This document shows positions 38,538 to 49,100 of a stretch of 61,649 nucleotides of DNA, one piece after another. Below the pieces are notes generated by a model. That model had not been told where the DNA came from. It was given only the letters and a program-made list of their open reading frames with translations, and did not search any database. A program made the position numbers and the translations under genes. The DNA is from a virus. Lineage: Duplodnaviria; Caudoviricetes. Numbering within the stretch: position 1 is the stretch's first letter; the number at the start of each line of letters is the position of its first letter. The DNA lies in the IMG/VR virus record IMGVR_UViG_3300026518_000001, positions 1 through 61,649 of that record; one strand, given 5' to 3'.

Positions 38538-40880
38538 ATGGGTACAACATTATATAATACTCCTGCATTGAAAGCTGGAACTAATGTAAATCAATTAAAT
38601 GCATCTGGTATTAATCAAGGTATTAATCAAATACAACAAGTATTAAACCAAGCTAAACAAAATGAAAAATATAATGAAGTTAAACAAGAGAATGAATTAG
38701 CTCAACAAAAACAAATTGTTGATAAAGCTAATAAAGTCAAATTAATGACTAATTTAGAATCTCAAATAGATAAATATAAAACAGTTACAGATAATGATAC
38801 TCCTGAAACTATTAAAGAGAAGTCTAATAAGATTAAACAATTATTATTACAAGCTACTGATGTAGCTAATCAATATGGTTTAACTAATACTGCATCTAGT
38901 TTATTACAAGATAGTGATAAGTTATATAATTCATATAAAGATCAATTATATAAGAAATATGCTACTAACTTAGCTAGTTCAAATATAAATAAAATATTTA
39001 ATCCAAATGATATTAGTAATCAAACAGATGATTATCAAAAATATAATCAAGTAATGAAACAAGCTGATACTATTAAAGATCCAACTCTTAAAACATATTA
39101 TTTACAAGCAGCTAATAACTTATTAGCAAGTGATAAAGATTCTATAGTTGATGCTAAGAAAAAAGAAATACAAATGGCTAATGATATTAGAACACAAGAA
39201 AAACAAAATCAAATAAATGATCAAATTGGATTAGTTGATGATACAGTTAAAGATCCAAGTAAACTACCATCATCATTTCCTAAATTTGTTGAATTATTAA
39301 GAAAAAGAAATGTTAATGTAGCTAAACTTATGCCTTACATTAAAACAGCTTATTCTAGTGCTATTTCTTCTATTGATATAAATAATAAAAAAAAGCAAAT
39401 AATACAAGATGCTAACTTTAAAAAAAATCTTAATAGTATAAATACTAATTCAACTAGTGTAACGGATGGTTCTCATTTAGTTACATTAAATAATAGTTTT
39501 AAAGTTGTACAAAAAAATGGAAAACAATTAGTTACAGCTGTTGGATCAGTAGATAATAATATGTCTACACAATTAGGTAATACTTTAAATACATTAGATA
39601 CATTGATCCAACAATTAAATAAAGCAAAAGATAATAATGTTCCACAAAACGATTTAGATAATTTAAAACAGAATATAAAAGATACTTGGAATAAATATAC
39701 TAAATTAAAACAACAAAGTTTGGATCTATTGAATAATAAAGTTAAACCAATTAATACAAATGGTAGTTTAATAGATACGAATAATGCTATTGATTTATTT
39801 GAATGGAAATTAAATAATACTTCAGATCCAAAAGAGAAACAAGCATATACACATCTAATGAATATGATTAAAAGTGGATATTTAACTGATATAAATGAAA
39901 ATAAATTAGGTTACTATAAAGAATCTTTTATATTTAAAACTCACAATAATTTATTTAGTAAAAATAACTTACCAAGTACTAAACAAGCATTGTTAGTATT
40001 CTATGCTATGAATGGTGGAAATGATGCTAATACAGCTAAACAGATTAAATTAGCTCAAAATAGTACTCAATTAAATAATATTCTTAAAAAGAATAAAGTT
40101 CTAAGTAAATTAATAGAAACTAATAATCAAACTGGAGCAAAACAAATAGATAGATATATGTTACAAGATAGTGTTGAAAAAGCATTTGGTAAATCAAATA
40201 AAATTGATGTTAATAATGGTGTAAAAGATGAAATTAACAACATTGGATCAGATGTTAATAATATTAATATTAATAATAAAAATATAGATGTACTTAATAT
40301 AGATAAGTTTAAACCAGATGTACTTAAAAATAAACCTGAATACAATGAAGTAATAACTAGAAAAATAATGTTCTCTAAAAATAATATGAATATATTAGCT
40401 CAAATAAAATCAGGTGATATTAGTACTAATCAAGGTATGTATTTATTTAGTAAAGCATATAAGAACCAAAAGAATTTTAAATATATAAAACCTTACATTA
40501 ATCAAGAAATCAAAGCATTAAAAGATGTAAATGAAATATCTATTAAAGCTAAAGACTTACAAATATTTAAGACTAGTGAATCAGGAGTATTGTATTTACC
40601 TAAAGTAGGAATACCATCAGATAAATTAATACAAGCAGCAAATAAATTAGCTATTACAAGACAAACTGGAATTAAAAATATTAATGATTTAATGAGTAAT
40701 AAAAAATTTCAAAATATATTTATGAAGATGTATAACACTAACTTAGCTAATATTAAACCAAATAATAAAGCAGTATATTATGAAAGATTACCATTAACTT
40801 CAAAAACATATACACAATATACAAATATGTTATATAAGATATTAATGAAAGCACAAAAAGAATATAACAAGGAGAAATAA
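38538..40880 (+). CDS. ejection protein (N4 gp51 position)
   Basis: 780-aa helical Q/N-rich protein with no Cys seen, upstream of the vRNAP region. Confidence 0.6.
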   Translation: MGTTLYNTPALKAGTNVNQLNASGINQGINQIQQVLNQAKQNEKYNEVKQENELAQQKQIVDKANKVKLMTNLESQIDKYKTVTDNDTPETIKEKSNKIKQLLLQATDVANQYGLTNTASSLLQDSDKLYNSYKDQLYKKYATNLASSNINKIFNPNDISNQTDDYQKYNQVMKQADTIKDPTLKTYYLQAANNLLASDKDSIVDAKKKEIQMANDIRTQEKQNQINDQIGLVDDTVKDPSKLPSSFPKFVELLRKRNVNVAKLMPYIKTAYSSAISSIDINNKKKQIIQDANFKKNLNSINTNSTSVTDGSHLVTLNNSFKVVQKNGKQLVTAVGSVDNNMSTQLGNTLNTLDTLIQQLNKAKDNNVPQNDLDNLKQNIKDTWNKYTKLKQQSLDLLNNKVKPINTNGSLIDTNNAIDLFEWKLNNTSDPKEKQAYTHLMNMIKSGYLTDINENKLGYYKESFIFKTHNNLFSKNNLPSTKQALLVFYAMNGGNDANTAKQIKLAQNSTQLNNILKKNKVLSKLIETNNQTGAKQIDRYMLQDSVEKAFGKSNKIDVNNGVKDEINNIGSDVNNININNKNIDVLNIDKFKPDVLKNKPEYNEVITRKIMFSKNNMNILAQIKSGDISTNQGMYLFSKAYKNQKNFKYIKPYINQEIKALKDVNEISIKAKDLQIFKTSESGVLYLPKVGIPSDKLIQAANKLAITRQTGIKNINDLMSNKKFQNIFMKMYNTNLANIKPNNKAVYYERLPLTSKTYTQYTNMLYKILMKAQKEYNKEK

Positions 40881-40883
40881 ATA

Positions 40884-43800
40884 ATGGATGTATTAAGTCA
40901 ATTACAACAAATAAGAAAAAAAATAAAGAAACAAGATGGAAATAGTAATAATGATCCAATACTTGGAGATGAAACATCATATTTAGATGGTAGAGATTCT
41001 TATGTAAATCCTGTTGTACAACATAATGAACAACAATCAGATGTAGCAATTGATACTCTTAATTCTACAGGATCCAAAGCAATAACAATAGGAAATAAAA
41101 CATACTTTAAAACTAATAATGGATTAGATGTAAATACATCTAATAATCCAGTTGGTTATTTATTTGAGGATATAGATAAACAAAAATCTAAATTACTAGC
41201 ATTACAATCAGTTTATAAAGATCAAGTAATAAATGAACAAAATAAATTACTTAAAAAAGGTATTAATTCAGCAGAAGATGAAACTAAGTTGGATCAATTA
41301 AATTATGCATTACAAAATCCTGATATGGCTACATTAATGGAAATGCAAGGATTAAATCCTGATAAAGATAATATTAATATTAACACTTCTTTTGGATCCA
41401 ACAACAAACAGTTACAAGATTGGTGGGCTAAAGTACAAGAAACAAAAGAATATAGTAGTACTAATCCAAAAGACAAAGATAAGTTTGGAACTTTATATGT
41501 ATTATATAATCCTAAGAATAATCAAACTAAAGTAGGTTATGCAAAAGATACAGCTCAATTAAGATACAAAACTGATGATCTTGTAAATAAAGGTTGGATT
41601 ATACAAGATCAAGTTAGATCCAAAGATGCTGCTAGTTTAGAGCAAGAGTTTCATAATATAGCTAGACAAGATAATAGTTTAATTGATAATACTGGTAATG
41701 CATATAATCAATATGGTCAAACTACTGATATAGAACATCATCAATTAAATTCTGGATCAAGTGAAATATATAATGGTAAATTATTAAATACTCCTGATCA
41801 AAAAACACAACAATTTAATCAGAATTATCAATGGTTATATAACACTAAAATACAAAAACAACAAGCCGAACATTATGTTCAATATAAAGGTTATCTAAGT
41901 AACTTAGCAAGAGCTGTTCCAACATCTATTGATAGTTGGTTAGCTGATAAAGGTGAAGGTGCATATGAAGCAGTTAGAGGTGGATGGAATGATTTAGTTA
42001 CAAGTGTTAACCCAAATAAAAAAAGTGTTGCATATTGGTCTAAAGGTACAGTATATAAACTAATTGATTATGAAAAAAAATATGGTAATGAACATTTTGG
42101 ATATTCATTTAAAAACTTAGTTGAAGGTCATAAAAATGTACAAACAGCATTAGCTCAATTTGGTGATGGTAATGTTGGATTAGGAGTTATTGATTTAGCT
42201 AAGTCATTAAAAGCTGCTCCAGAACAATTAATAATGTCATTACCTGATATGGCTACATTAGGTGCAACTGGACCAATAGGTTGGATCACTAAAGGATTGT
42301 ATACTGCTGCTGTATATAATGATACAATACAACAATATCGTAAAAATAATAACTTTGTTGATCCAACAGCTGAGTATAAATTAAGTTTAGCTGGATTATC
42401 TACATTAGATACATTATTACAAACAGAAGCAATACATTATATAGTTAAAGGTCCTAATATATTATTTGCTGATAAAGCTGCTGGTAAAATAGCTAGTTCA
42501 TTAGATGATGTTAAATTAATATCACCTAAAACAGTTTATAAAACTTTATATGGTACTGGATTAAAGATATTAGGTAAAAGTATTAATATTGGATCAAAAG
42601 CATTTGTATCAGAAGCGATACCTGAAATGTATGAACAAGCATTACAAGATGTAGCATCTAAATTATATACAGATAAATATAAAGATAAATCTATATCAGA
42701 TTTACTTAAAGATTCTTGGAAAGATATTGCAGAAGCTGGATGGTATGGTGGAGTAATGGGACATGGACTAAAACATATATCTAGTGCTAATGAAATATTT
42801 GGAGAACCAATACAAGAATATAATAATAATCCTAATAAGATATTAAAAGAAGAATCATATAGACAAATACAATCATTACCTGTAACAGAAAGAGCAAATA
42901 TAATTAATGAAGTATTACCTAAAACTAAAGGTATAGAAAAAGATTATAAACAAATGCAAAACATATTAAATAATGGAAATATAAATAATATTGGTTTAAA
43001 AAATATATATAATACATCTAAAAACAATAACATAATGAAAGATGCATTAACTAAATCTATGTTAGAAAATATAGGATATATTTCTCATCAATTAAAGACA
43101 CAAGATAATAATGCTTATATATTACTAAATAATATATTAGAAAAAGATGTTGATAATTTAACTTCTAATGATAAAGATCAATTATTAAATGTAATTGTAA
43201 ATGATTTATTTAATAATGTTGATACTAAAACTAAAAATAGATTAGATACTTTAATTGCTAATAGAATTAAAATAAATAGTAATAATATACTTAATACATA
43301 TAAAAATAAATATCAAAATATGGTTAATATAATTGCATATGCTGGTGATAAAAATAATGATTATTTAGCTAATAGAGTTATGTTAGATACTAAGACACCA
43401 AAAGATATAGTTGATGCGAATATGAAGATATTAGAAGGTATTAAGTATATAGATAAATCTATCAAAAGTGATAAAGAACCAACATCAATGATTAAATCAG
43501 TAACTAATACAATTAGCAATGTATTAAATTCGTTTGGTACAAAAAAATATTCTCCTATAGAAAGATTAAAATCTATTGATGCATTACAATCAGGAATTAA
43601 ATTAGCAGAAACTCAATTAAAAAATAATAAATCATTAAGAAGTAATAAACAATTAAAAAAAATGATTAAGGATTATACTACTCAATTAGAATCAATGAAA
43701 CAAAGAGATTTATTATTAGCAAGATATGCACCTAAAGCTATCATTGGATCTGAGAATATAATAGAACCAAACAAAAAGAAAAGTAAAACTAAACAAGAAC

Positions 43801-46181
43801 AAGAATATAATAATAAATTAACTAAACTTAGAGAGAAATTAAATAATAATCCTGAAGGTATTAAAGTATTAGATAAATTAGATACATTGGATACATTAAA
43901 TCCTGAAGAAAAGATTAGTTCTATTGGATCAGTTATAAAAGATATATCTAATAATAAATCTATTAGTAATGAAACTGATAAATATAGATTATTACAACAT
44001 CTACAAAAACAATTACAAGAATCTATTAATAATATTAATAATAGAGAAATAGATGAAACAACTTATAATGATTTAAAACACTCTATTAATAATGCATTAA
44101 ATGATATTGATGAAGTTAATAGAAAATATAATTCTATATTACCAGAAGATAATGAACCAAATGAAGATCATATAAAAGCTAAAGCATTTGACTTATTAAT
44201 TAAAGCTATTATAAGAGAACTTAAAAATGATGATAATATTAACACATTATTGAATAGTAAAAATGTAGAAGATTATAATAATAAGATCCAAAAGGGTGCT
44301 AAAGAAGTAAAAAATGATATTAATAATAAAGGGTTTAAAACTAAGAATAAAGAATATAGATCAATACCTGAATATCAACAAAAGTTGGATCAATTATTTA
44401 ATGAATATACTTCTGATCCAACAGATAAGTTAAAGTCAGAAATAACTAAAGTATTAATGGATTACAATACATTTGTATTAAGTAGAAAAGATAAAGTATT
44501 AAATGCTAAATATTTTACATTTGATTTTGCTAAGAATATATTAAATGAAAATAATGATATTAGAGATATATTTAAAATTAATAGAAGTAGAATACATCAT
44601 GTACTTGGAGATGAATTATATAATACATTAGCAAATAATGTTAGAGATATACTTTATACAAGTTATAATGATAATGTAATACATATCTATAAGAATGCTA
44701 AACAAGTTGGTTCTATTAATGCAATGATGGATACTAAACAAATAACTAATATCATTAAAGAATCTCAAAGAAGTAATACTGTAGAACAAAAGACTACTAA
44801 TACTAATACAGAACCAAAACAAAGTAATACTACTACACCTACTAATCACTCACCTGTTGGATCTAATGAAAGTAATATTAATAAAACTACTGAAGAGAAA
44901 GTAGTTAACACTATAGCTAATACTGAAGAAGCTATGCAAAATAAAGCAGAAAGATTAAGAAAGTTAGGTTACAAAGCAGAACTAAAAGTATTTGATAAAA
45001 CTGATTCAGTAAAAGATAAGTTATATAAAAGATTAATGCTTAAATATAGTAAGAATGGTATTGTTAGATATGATGTTACATATAAAGGTACAGTATATAG
45101 ATTTAATGAAAATGAATTTAAAAATGTATTAAATAATGTATATAAAGATTCTATGGTAAATGATGGTAAATATAGTGATCCAAAAGAAAGAAGTAAAGCA
45201 TTATTTAAAGAAACAATGATAAAAGATCCTATGTTAGCTAACAAAGAACCAATTAATTTAAATCAATATATAGCTGAATATAGATTAAGAGAATATGAAC
45301 CAAAAAATAGTTTAGATAATCAAAATGGATTAGTTAGTAAAGTAGTAAATACTTATATAGAACATCAAAGTAGCAATGTCGAACCATTACAAGGTATGAA
45401 TTATATACCTTATGTTAAATTCGATGAGAAAGATAAAAATGGTAAAGTAATAGGTAAATCTATTTATTTTATTACATCAAAAGTTAATAGTGAAAATCCT
45501 GGTAAAACTAGTTTAAACAAAAATAATAATGAAAGTAATTTCATTAAATTTACTTATTTAGATGAAGATAATAAATTAGATGATAAATTATTCAATGATT
45601 TAAAAACATTATCTAATTATAATATGTTTCCATATGATTGGAATGATAAAACATATAGTAATGGTAAACCAATAGAACCAAAGAAAACATCTACAACTGA
45701 ACCTGTTACAGAACCAGAAAAGAATACTAATACTAAGAATACAGAACCAAATAAATATAATGAACCAGAAGTTCCAGAATTTGATGAATCAGTATTAAAT
45801 AATGAGTTTCATAAAGATAAAGAAACTGAAGAATTTAAAGGTAATCAAGAAGATATTAAAGAATTAAATGATAAAATAGATGAATTATCTCAATTAAAAG
45901 AAACATATAATAAAACAAAAGATAAATTAAAAGATAAAGTTAGTCAGTATGGTTCTACTATTGAAACTGTAAAAGGTGTTAAAATATCAGTTAAATCAAA
46001 TATGAAATATATTAATAAATTGATTGATAAAAATGGTGAAGTAGATGAATTATCTAATATACTTCAATTATTAGAAGATTATCATTCAAGTATAAACAAA
46101 GATAATTTACAAAGTAAAACAGTAGAACTAAATTTAGCAATAGAAAAAGAATTAGCTAAATTAAAACTTAGATGTGAATAA
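40884..46181 (+). CDS. large ejection protein equivalent to the N-terminal part of the vRNAP; GIY-YIG-like domain near the N-terminus
   Basis: Gly/Ala-rich membrane-active region (SEAIPEMYEQ..AGWYGGVMG); a single Cys at the penultimate residue. Confidence 0.65.
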   Translation: MDVLSQLQQIRKKIKKQDGNSNNDPILGDETSYLDGRDSYVNPVVQHNEQQSDVAIDTLNSTGSKAITIGNKTYFKTNNGLDVNTSNNPVGYLFEDIDKQKSKLLALQSVYKDQVINEQNKLLKKGINSAEDETKLDQLNYALQNPDMATLMEMQGLNPDKDNININTSFGSNNKQLQDWWAKVQETKEYSSTNPKDKDKFGTLYVLYNPKNNQTKVGYAKDTAQLRYKTDDLVNKGWIIQDQVRSKDAASLEQEFHNIARQDNSLIDNTGNAYNQYGQTTDIEHHQLNSGSSEIYNGKLLNTPDQKTQQFNQNYQWLYNTKIQKQQAEHYVQYKGYLSNLARAVPTSIDSWLADKGEGAYEAVRGGWNDLVTSVNPNKKSVAYWSKGTVYKLIDYEKKYGNEHFGYSFKNLVEGHKNVQTALAQFGDGNVGLGVIDLAKSLKAAPEQLIMSLPDMATLGATGPIGWITKGLYTAAVYNDTIQQYRKNNNFVDPTAEYKLSLAGLSTLDTLLQTEAIHYIVKGPNILFADKAAGKIASSLDDVKLISPKTVYKTLYGTGLKILGKSINIGSKAFVSEAIPEMYEQALQDVASKLYTDKYKDKSISDLLKDSWKDIAEAGWYGGVMGHGLKHISSANEIFGEPIQEYNNNPNKILKEESYRQIQSLPVTERANIINEVLPKTKGIEKDYKQMQNILNNGNINNIGLKNIYNTSKNNNIMKDALTKSMLENIGYISHQLKTQDNNAYILLNNILEKDVDNLTSNDKDQLLNVIVNDLFNNVDTKTKNRLDTLIANRIKINSNNILNTYKNKYQNMVNIIAYAGDKNNDYLANRVMLDTKTPKDIVDANMKILEGIKYIDKSIKSDKEPTSMIKSVTNTISNVLNSFGTKKYSPIERLKSIDALQSGIKLAETQLKNNKSLRSNKQLKKMIKDYTTQLESMKQRDLLLARYAPKAIIGSENIIEPNKKKSKTKQEQEYNNKLTKLREKLNNNPEGIKVLDKLDTLDTLNPEEKISSIGSVIKDISNNKSISNETDKYRLLQHLQKQLQESINNINNREIDETTYNDLKHSINNALNDIDEVNRKYNSILPEDNEPNEDHIKAKAFDLLIKAIIRELKNDDNINTLLNSKNVEDYNNKIQKGAKEVKNDINNKGFKTKNKEYRSIPEYQQKLDQLFNEYTSDPTDKLKSEITKVLMDYNTFVLSRKDKVLNAKYFTFDFAKNILNENNDIRDIFKINRSRIHHVLGDELYNTLANNVRDILYTSYNDNVIHIYKNAKQVGSINAMMDTKQITNIIKESQRSNTVEQKTTNTNTEPKQSNTTTPTNHSPVGSNESNINKTTEEKVVNTIANTEEAMQNKAERLRKLGYKAELKVFDKTDSVKDKLYKRLMLKYSKNGIVRYDVTYKGTVYRFNENEFKNVLNNVYKDSMVNDGKYSDPKERSKALFKETMIKDPMLANKEPINLNQYIAEYRLREYEPKNSLDNQNGLVSKVVNTYIEHQSSNVEPLQGMNYIPYVKFDEKDKNGKVIGKSIYFITSKVNSENPGKTSLNKNNNESNFIKFTYLDEDNKLDDKLFNDLKTLSNYNMFPYDWNDKTYSNGKPIEPKKTSTTEPVTEPEKNTNTKNTEPNKYNEPEVPEFDESVLNNEFHKDKETEEFKGNQEDIKELNDKIDELSQLKETYNKTKDKLKDKVSQYGSTIETVKGVKISVKSNMKYINKLIDKNGEVDELSNILQLLEDYHSSINKDNLQSKTVELNLAIEKELAKLKLRCE

Positions 46182-46192
46182 AAGGATAATAT

Positions 46193-49100
46193 ATGAATTG
46201 TACCAATGTAGATATAAATAAGTTAACAACTAAATTAAAAACAGAAGATAAACTAATAATTGATCCAAAGATAGATGTAACACTTAACAAGATATATCAA
46301 CAAGCTTTGGATCTTATCAATAAGCAAGTTAAATTAGAGAATGAAGTACAAGAAAAGTTTAATGAGTTAAAAGATCAGAATGAAGGTTATGATGTAGAAA
46401 ATAAAGCAAAACTATTGAATACTTTAATATATACATTTAAAAAGTATTTAGGTAGTAATGCTATTCAATTCAATGGACAAGAGTTAAATCCTCTTATCTC
46501 TTGGATCCAAGACAAACAAGATGATAATACATTTGTTGACAATATGAAACAAACTATAAAGGATGAATATAGATCATTAATAGAAATGAATGAAGGTTTT
46601 ATTAAGATAGAAGATAGTCAATTACTAAAAGATAAAATGAATACTATTAAAGAATTATTTGTTAGAAATAATAAATATAAAAATGTATTATTTGATCAAT
46701 TGATAGGTGATATTAATAAACTTAATAGACCACAAAAGATAGACTTTTCTAATAAAAATATGAATATAAAATCTATTAATAGAGCTTATGTAGAAAATAA
46801 TGAATTAAAGTATGATGTTGTTTATGAGCAAAAAGGTACTGCTGAAGATAATTATAAGAAAGAATTAGTAGAAGCTACTATATCTGCTAGTGATATAAAT
46901 AATGGTTTTTTATATCAATTAGGTATACCAATTAGAAATGATGATACAAATACTAACGAGTTCCAATTAAATCCTGATTTACATAAAATATTTAATAAGG
47001 TATTACCTGCATTCTTAAATGAAATTAATAATCCTCAATTTATGTCTGATGATAAGATATCACAAATGTTTTATGGTAAAGATGCTGATAGAGTTATAGG
47101 TACTGAAGTTACTCAACAAGAATTTAATAATATTGCTAGATCAATTAGACAATATGGTTTTCCTAGAAAAGAATTATATGAGAAACTTGGTAATGCTATA
47201 TTAGATATAGCTCATATAAAAATTATAAATAAATTAAGATATGATGAAAGAAAAGCATTAGCGAATCAATTAGGAGCATTCTATTTACAAAATTTAATAG
47301 AACATAGTAAAGATAATAAAATTATAAAAGTACAAGATACATTAGTTAATATTAATGATAAACAAATGGTATTAAATAAATTAGAATTTGCTGATAATTA
47401 TAATGAAGAAGCAAAAGAAAGATTAAATAATGCTATGAGTAGTTATTCTGCTACATTACAAAAAATAACTAATATTAGATTTGCACAACCTGAACCAATA
47501 GAATACTACAAATCAATTAAAACATCTACTAATGTAAAAGATGCTGAAGCATATCAAGTATCACCTAAGATATATGATTTTATGAGAAAAGAACAGAATG
47601 TAGTATATAAAACTAATATTGCTTATGATGCTATTAAACTATTGGATCAAACTACTTATTTAATTACTGCTGGTGGAGAAGATCCAAATGAGATAGAACA
47701 TTTGCCTGTTGAAGAAAGAGAATCAGTAGTTGGTAAGAATAATGATCTATTAAGAAGAATGGAAGCATTAAAAGATAATGAAGATATATTATCTTTTGGT
47801 TCTAAGTTTAAATGGAGTGAAGTTAAAAACTTAAGAACAATGATGGACAGTATAGTAAATCCTCAAGATAACAAAGTACATAGATTTTTAGTAGATGAAA
47901 GAGGTGTTACTTACAATAAAAATAATGAAGTAATTGAGAAAGAAATAAATACTAATACATATGTAACAAAAGATACTGCAAACTTATATAAATTAGCATT
48001 ATCACAAGCATTTGATTTAGATACTGATAAAAGAACTGACAATAGTTTATTAGATGAAATATCTAATAATTATTTAGATTTTACTTTTAATGATAAAGAT
48101 GGTTCTATTAATGAAGTAATAATTAATGATAAACTAAAACCTATAATTAATGATGGTTCATATATAGATAAAGTAGTTAAATTATCTTTAAGTAAAGAAC
48201 CAACATTAGTAAAGAAACAGAAACTACAAGATTGGATCAAACAACATCAAGATGAATATAAAGCATATTTAGATTTTATTAAAGGTACTGAACATATACA
48301 TGCATTTCAAGCATTAATAGATATTAAATATTTACAAGTATCAAAATCTAATAATAAATCTATACTTAAATTAGAAGCTGATGCTATTACATCTGGTATG
48401 GTATTAACTATGTTACAAACAATAGGTGTTACTGTTAATACTGAAGAAGAAATGAATAAATTAGTTAATTTATTAGCTAAAGGTGGAATATATGTATCAA
48501 CTGATAATAATACTTTTGGTTTAAAAGAACCAAATGAAGAACAATTAGCTAAATTAAATAAAGTATTACAAAATACATTAAAAAGTAAACAATTAGCAAA
48601 TAATGCAGAATATTTAACTCATGGATTTTTAAAACAAAACTTTAAGAACTTTAATGATTTCTATGAAACATTAAGTGATTCATTAAATGATTATATGCAA
48701 TCAACTACATTTAAACCAGAACAACAAACTATTGTTAATGCTTTTGGATCTAGTTTTAGTAGAAAACAAGTTAAACCATTCCAAATGGTATATGTATATG
48801 GAGCTTCATTTAAAAATATTATGGAGAAAACTTTTTATGAAATAGCATTTAATCCATTAAATAAAATGTTATATGAATTTGGTAATAAAGGTGGACAATT
48901 AAAACATTTAATTGCTAAATTAAATAAAAAGACAGATGATATAGATGATCCAAAACTTAAACTAATTAAACAGTTAATCAATAATGGTAATGATATAAAA
49001 GAATATATTAATATATATAAATGGAATAAAGAATTACAAAAAAATGAAGTAATAAATACTAAGGATTTATCAGAAGAAGAATTATTAAATACTAATTTAT

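Noticed and set aside
46179-46195. Stop-codon readthrough or assembly frameshift fusing the two vRNAP ORFs
   Set aside because: The ORFs are out of frame and the second has its own RBS and ATG with normal spacing. Read-level confirmation is still desirable.
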